Origin: an uncultured virus (IMG/VR IMGVR_UViG_3300035034_000734)
Lineage: Duplodnaviria; Heunggongvirae; Uroviricota; Caudoviricetes
Strand: one strand, 5' to 3'
DNA length: 20,000 nt
Virus record (IMG/VR): IMGVR_UViG_3300035034_000734
Position numbers and translations under genes: made by a program. The notes under the pieces are model-generated. The model saw only the letters and a list, made by a program, of their open reading frames with translations, had not been told where the DNA came from and did not search any database. Positions 17,403 through 20,000 of this stretch are shown piece after piece (the stretch's first letter is position 1; the number at the start of each line of letters is the position of its first letter).

Positions 17403-18941
17403 ATGCTCCCACGTACGAAAATCACCACCTACTCCCACGGGCTCTCTATTGAGCCCGGTAGTCAGCGTTGCAGAGAGGCCGTACTGGATTTCTGTCAAAC
17501 GCTGATACAGTGGGAGTATACCAAGAAACCCCCGACATGGCGACCGGTTCGAACGATGAAGAAGGTCTATGCGGGGGCGACTCGAGATCGCAAGGAATTT
17601 CGATTCCATCGCAACTTGTTTAAAGACTTGATGCAGCATCTCCAAGCGTACGGGTTGAGGACGTCCAACATGGACATTGTGGACAAACCCCCAACCGAAC
17701 CGCTACGAGTAACCTTTCCGGTAAATGAAGACGTAGTGCCTCGAGATTACCAAGTCGGTCTGATTGATTTCTTGGGGGACTTCTCACTACGAACCAAAGT
17801 CACCAACCTCCAAACAGGAAAAGGAAAAACCTTAAGTGCGTTGATGGCCATGGTGAAGATCGGAATGCGAACGGCGATTCAATTACGCGGGGGTTACGTC
17901 TCCCGCTGGATCGATGACCTTGAAGGCTTATTCAGCTTTAAGAAAGGAGACATCCTAGTCATTCGAGGTCGCGACGCGTTATTGTCACTGATCAACATGG
18001 CTAAAGCCGACGACCTTCAAGCTAAGGTCATCATCATCACCAACAAGACCCTCTACAAGCTGTTTGAAGAGTTCGAAAAGGACGGATCTGATAACTACTA
18101 CGGCATCCGACCAGAAGAGCTCTACGACCTTCTCAGGGCGGGTCTGCGCATTGTGGACGAAGTGCACGAAGATTATCACCTAAGCTTCCGCACCGACATC
18201 TATAGCAACGTGTCAAGTTCTATTCATTTGTCCGCCACCTTAGATACGGAAGATGTCTTTCGACGTCAGATGTATGACATCGCCTTACCTCAGCAATACT
18301 GGTACAAAGGCGTTGAGTACGATAAGTACATTCAGAGCTACGCCATGTTTTACGCCACCACCAGCGAGTCACTGCCAAAGCTGAAGTTGAGTGAGCGAGG
18401 GCAGGACAGCTACTCCCACGGGGCGTATGAGAAATCCATCCTTAGACAGAAGGTGTTGAAAGACACATACCTGGAGATTTGCCGCTACCCCATCCAGCGT
18501 TTCTACATCGAAGACGATTGGCAAGGGGGTCAGAAGTGTATTGTCTTTTGCTATCTGGTGGAGTTCTGCGTAGTCTTGCGGGATTACCTCCGAGGCATCT
18601 ACCCCGAACTGAACATTCGAGAGTTTGTGGCAGAGACCGATGAGAAAGTGTTGAAGGAGGCCGACATCATCGTCAGCACCATCAAATCGGCGGGCACGGC
18701 ACAAGACATCCCGGACCTGAAGGTCTCGGTATTGACACAGGCGGTGCGTAAGAAAGAAGCGAACATCCAGACACTGGGTCGTTTGCGGAAACTCAAGCGC
18801 TGGCCCAACGTCACCCCGGTGTTTGTGTATCTCAACAACACCAGCATTGAAACCCACATGAAGTACCACGAAGCTAAGAAAGAGATCTTTCAAGGCAAGG
18901 TACTCAGTCAGCGAGAAGAACACATCCCGCTGCGGTTGTAA
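17403..18941 (+). CDS. Superfamily 2 DExH helicase (phiKZ gp75-like)
   Basis: Q motif PRDYQ, Walker A QTGKGKT, DEVH, LSAT, motif V GTAQDIPDL, motif VI QTLGRLR; RBS AGGAG. Confidence 0.93.
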   Translation: MLPRTKITTYSHGLSIEPGSQRCREAVLDFCQTLIQWEYTKKPPTWRPVRTMKKVYAGATRDRKEFRFHRNLFKDLMQHLQAYGLRTSNMDIVDKPPTEPLRVTFPVNEDVVPRDYQVGLIDFLGDFSLRTKVTNLQTGKGKTLSALMAMVKIGMRTAIQLRGGYVSRWIDDLEGLFSFKKGDILVIRGRDALLSLINMAKADDLQAKVIIITNKTLYKLFEEFEKDGSDNYYGIRPEELYDLLRAGLRIVDEVHEDYHLSFRTDIYSNVSSSIHLSATLDTEDVFRRQMYDIALPQQYWYKGVEYDKYIQSYAMFYATTSESLPKLKLSERGQDSYSHGAYEKSILRQKVLKDTYLEICRYPIQRFYIEDDWQGGQKCIVFCYLVEFCVVLRDYLRGIYPELNIREFVAETDEKVLKEADIIVSTIKSAGTAQDIPDLKVSVLTQAVRKKEANIQTLGRLRKLKRWPNVTPVFVYLNNTSIETHMKYHEAKKEIFQGKVLSQREEHIPLRL

Positions 18942-18964
18942 CGACTCACCTAGAGGTAACTGTA

Positions 18965-19189
18965 ATGACCATGGTTTTAATTTTCCTTGTAGGGTTAGGC
19001 TGCGTGCCTGCCATCTTCGGATCGATGATGCTCTTTCACGTCTTCATTCGAAAGAAGAGTGCCCCGGTGGACAAGTCAAACCGGATTAATCATCTTCGAC
19101 TGGTCTGGTTCGCCATGACGCGGGAAACCTTGTTTGTTGAATTGTTCTCTTGGTTGAAGAACGACGAATACGATAACGTCAAAGATTAA
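18965..19189 (+). CDS. Small putative membrane protein
   Basis: 74 aa; RBS GAGGT; hydrophobic N-terminal ~28 aa followed by RKK. Confidence 0.7.
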   Translation: MTMVLIFLVGLGCVPAIFGSMMLFHVFIRKKSAPVDKSNRINHLRLVWFAMTRETLFVELFSWLKNDEYDNVKD

Positions 19190-19263
19190 ACCTATCCCTC
19201 AATAATGGAATGAGGGTATCCAGCATGGACGCGGATGTACCTTAACCCAAAGAGAAAGTAGAT

Positions 19264-20000
19264 ATGAAAAAGATCGCTAAGTTCAATCCGAACATTCGTA
19301 ACGTTGGTGACGTTCTCACTACCAGCGTAGCTTGGGGACTGCATGCAGATGTCCATAATGTGGACACCCACCTGACGAGGAGCTACAATCTTCTCAACGC
19401 GTCAGAACGAATCAAGATAGACCTCCCGGCCATTCATAAGGGCACCGTTGAATTGATGCCATTGATTCTTGACATCGTTCGCCAGCTTCGACCTGAAGGA
19501 TTTGTAGCGTTACACAATCCGAGATCGTCAAAGCCTATCGAGAAATACGGGAGAGCTCAGACAACCTTCTTTGCCGAAACCGATGACGGTGAATCGGTAT
19601 TGCACATGATCCAGGCAGATCGGTATCCACACCCGATCCTTGAGAAGCGGGGTCAGAAGCTGTACTTTGTAAGTGACTACTACATCTACCCCGATCGTGT
19701 TGACGATGTCATTCATCGAGAAATCCAAGTGTTTGACAGCGTTTCAGACAGTCGTCTTGAAAGTTATTTTCCACCGACCCAAGAGACGAAGAGCTATCCT
19801 TCATTGGAGGCGGTAGAGCAAGCGTGTATTTCTTACTTCGGATACGAGTTCCGTCGTTCGTTTAAACATTCGGGTGAAACACTACCCACGGTGGCGGTTC
19901 ATCTTAATAAGCTCATCACTGCTTTGGGCACGTTGTCTACACAAGCGGTGTTGGATTCGATGAGGGATTCTTTGGTGGACGCTACCGAAAAACTTGAGAA
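19264..20000 (+). CDS. Hypothetical protein, 3' truncated by the window and absent from the ORF track
   Basis: Manual translation from ATG 19264 (MKKIAKFNPNIRNVGDVLTT...) is open for 245 codons to the window end. Confidence 0.8.
   Translation, partial: MKKIAKFNPNIRNVGDVLTTSVAWGLHADVHNVDTHLTRSYNLLNASERIKIDLPAIHKGTVELMPLILDIVRQLRPEGFVALHNPRSSKPIEKYGRAQTTFFAETDDGESVLHMIQADRYPHPILEKRGQKLYFVSDYYIYPDRVDDVIHREIQVFDSVSDSRLESYFPPTQETKSYPSLEAVEQACISYFGYEFRRSFKHSGETLPTVAVHLNKLITALGTLSTQAVLDSMRDSLVDATEKLE

Noticed and set aside
1..20000. CRISPR arrays, tRNAs, IS elements, alternative genetic code
   Set aside because: No repeat-spacer pattern, cloverleaf or transposase seen; genes tile densely under the standard code and all three stop codons end genes

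Overview
A segment of a phiKZ-like, nucleus-forming jumbo phage (Chimalliviridae) genome, spanning the conserved core block that corresponds to phiKZ gp54-gp75. In order: the 3' end of the nuclear-shell gene chmA, the non-virion RNA polymerase (nvRNAP) beta' N-terminal subunit (NADFDGD), five small hypotheticals, an SbcD/Mre11-like nuclease, a probable degenerate 5'-nuclease, ChmC, the gp68-like nvRNAP specificity subunit, PicA/Imp1, a gp70-like protein, one reverse-strand LysM/gp53-like gene, the nvRNAP beta C-terminal subunit, the nvRNAP beta' C-terminal subunit, an SF2 helicase and two unknown ORFs. The clearest structure the ORF track misses is a 363-nt group I intron with no homing endonuclease (14232-14594); it splits the catalytic GxKxxxxHGDKG motif of the nvRNAP beta subunit. 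Other signals: a shared C-terminal GxTSL peptide on PicA and its neighbour, an SSB-like acidic tip on ChmC, a repeated AYATATCAT-N5-TG candidate early promoter, and candidate CsrA/RsmA and Hfq sites in leaders. Orthology to phiKZ gene numbers comes from motifs plus recalled synteny, not from a database search.
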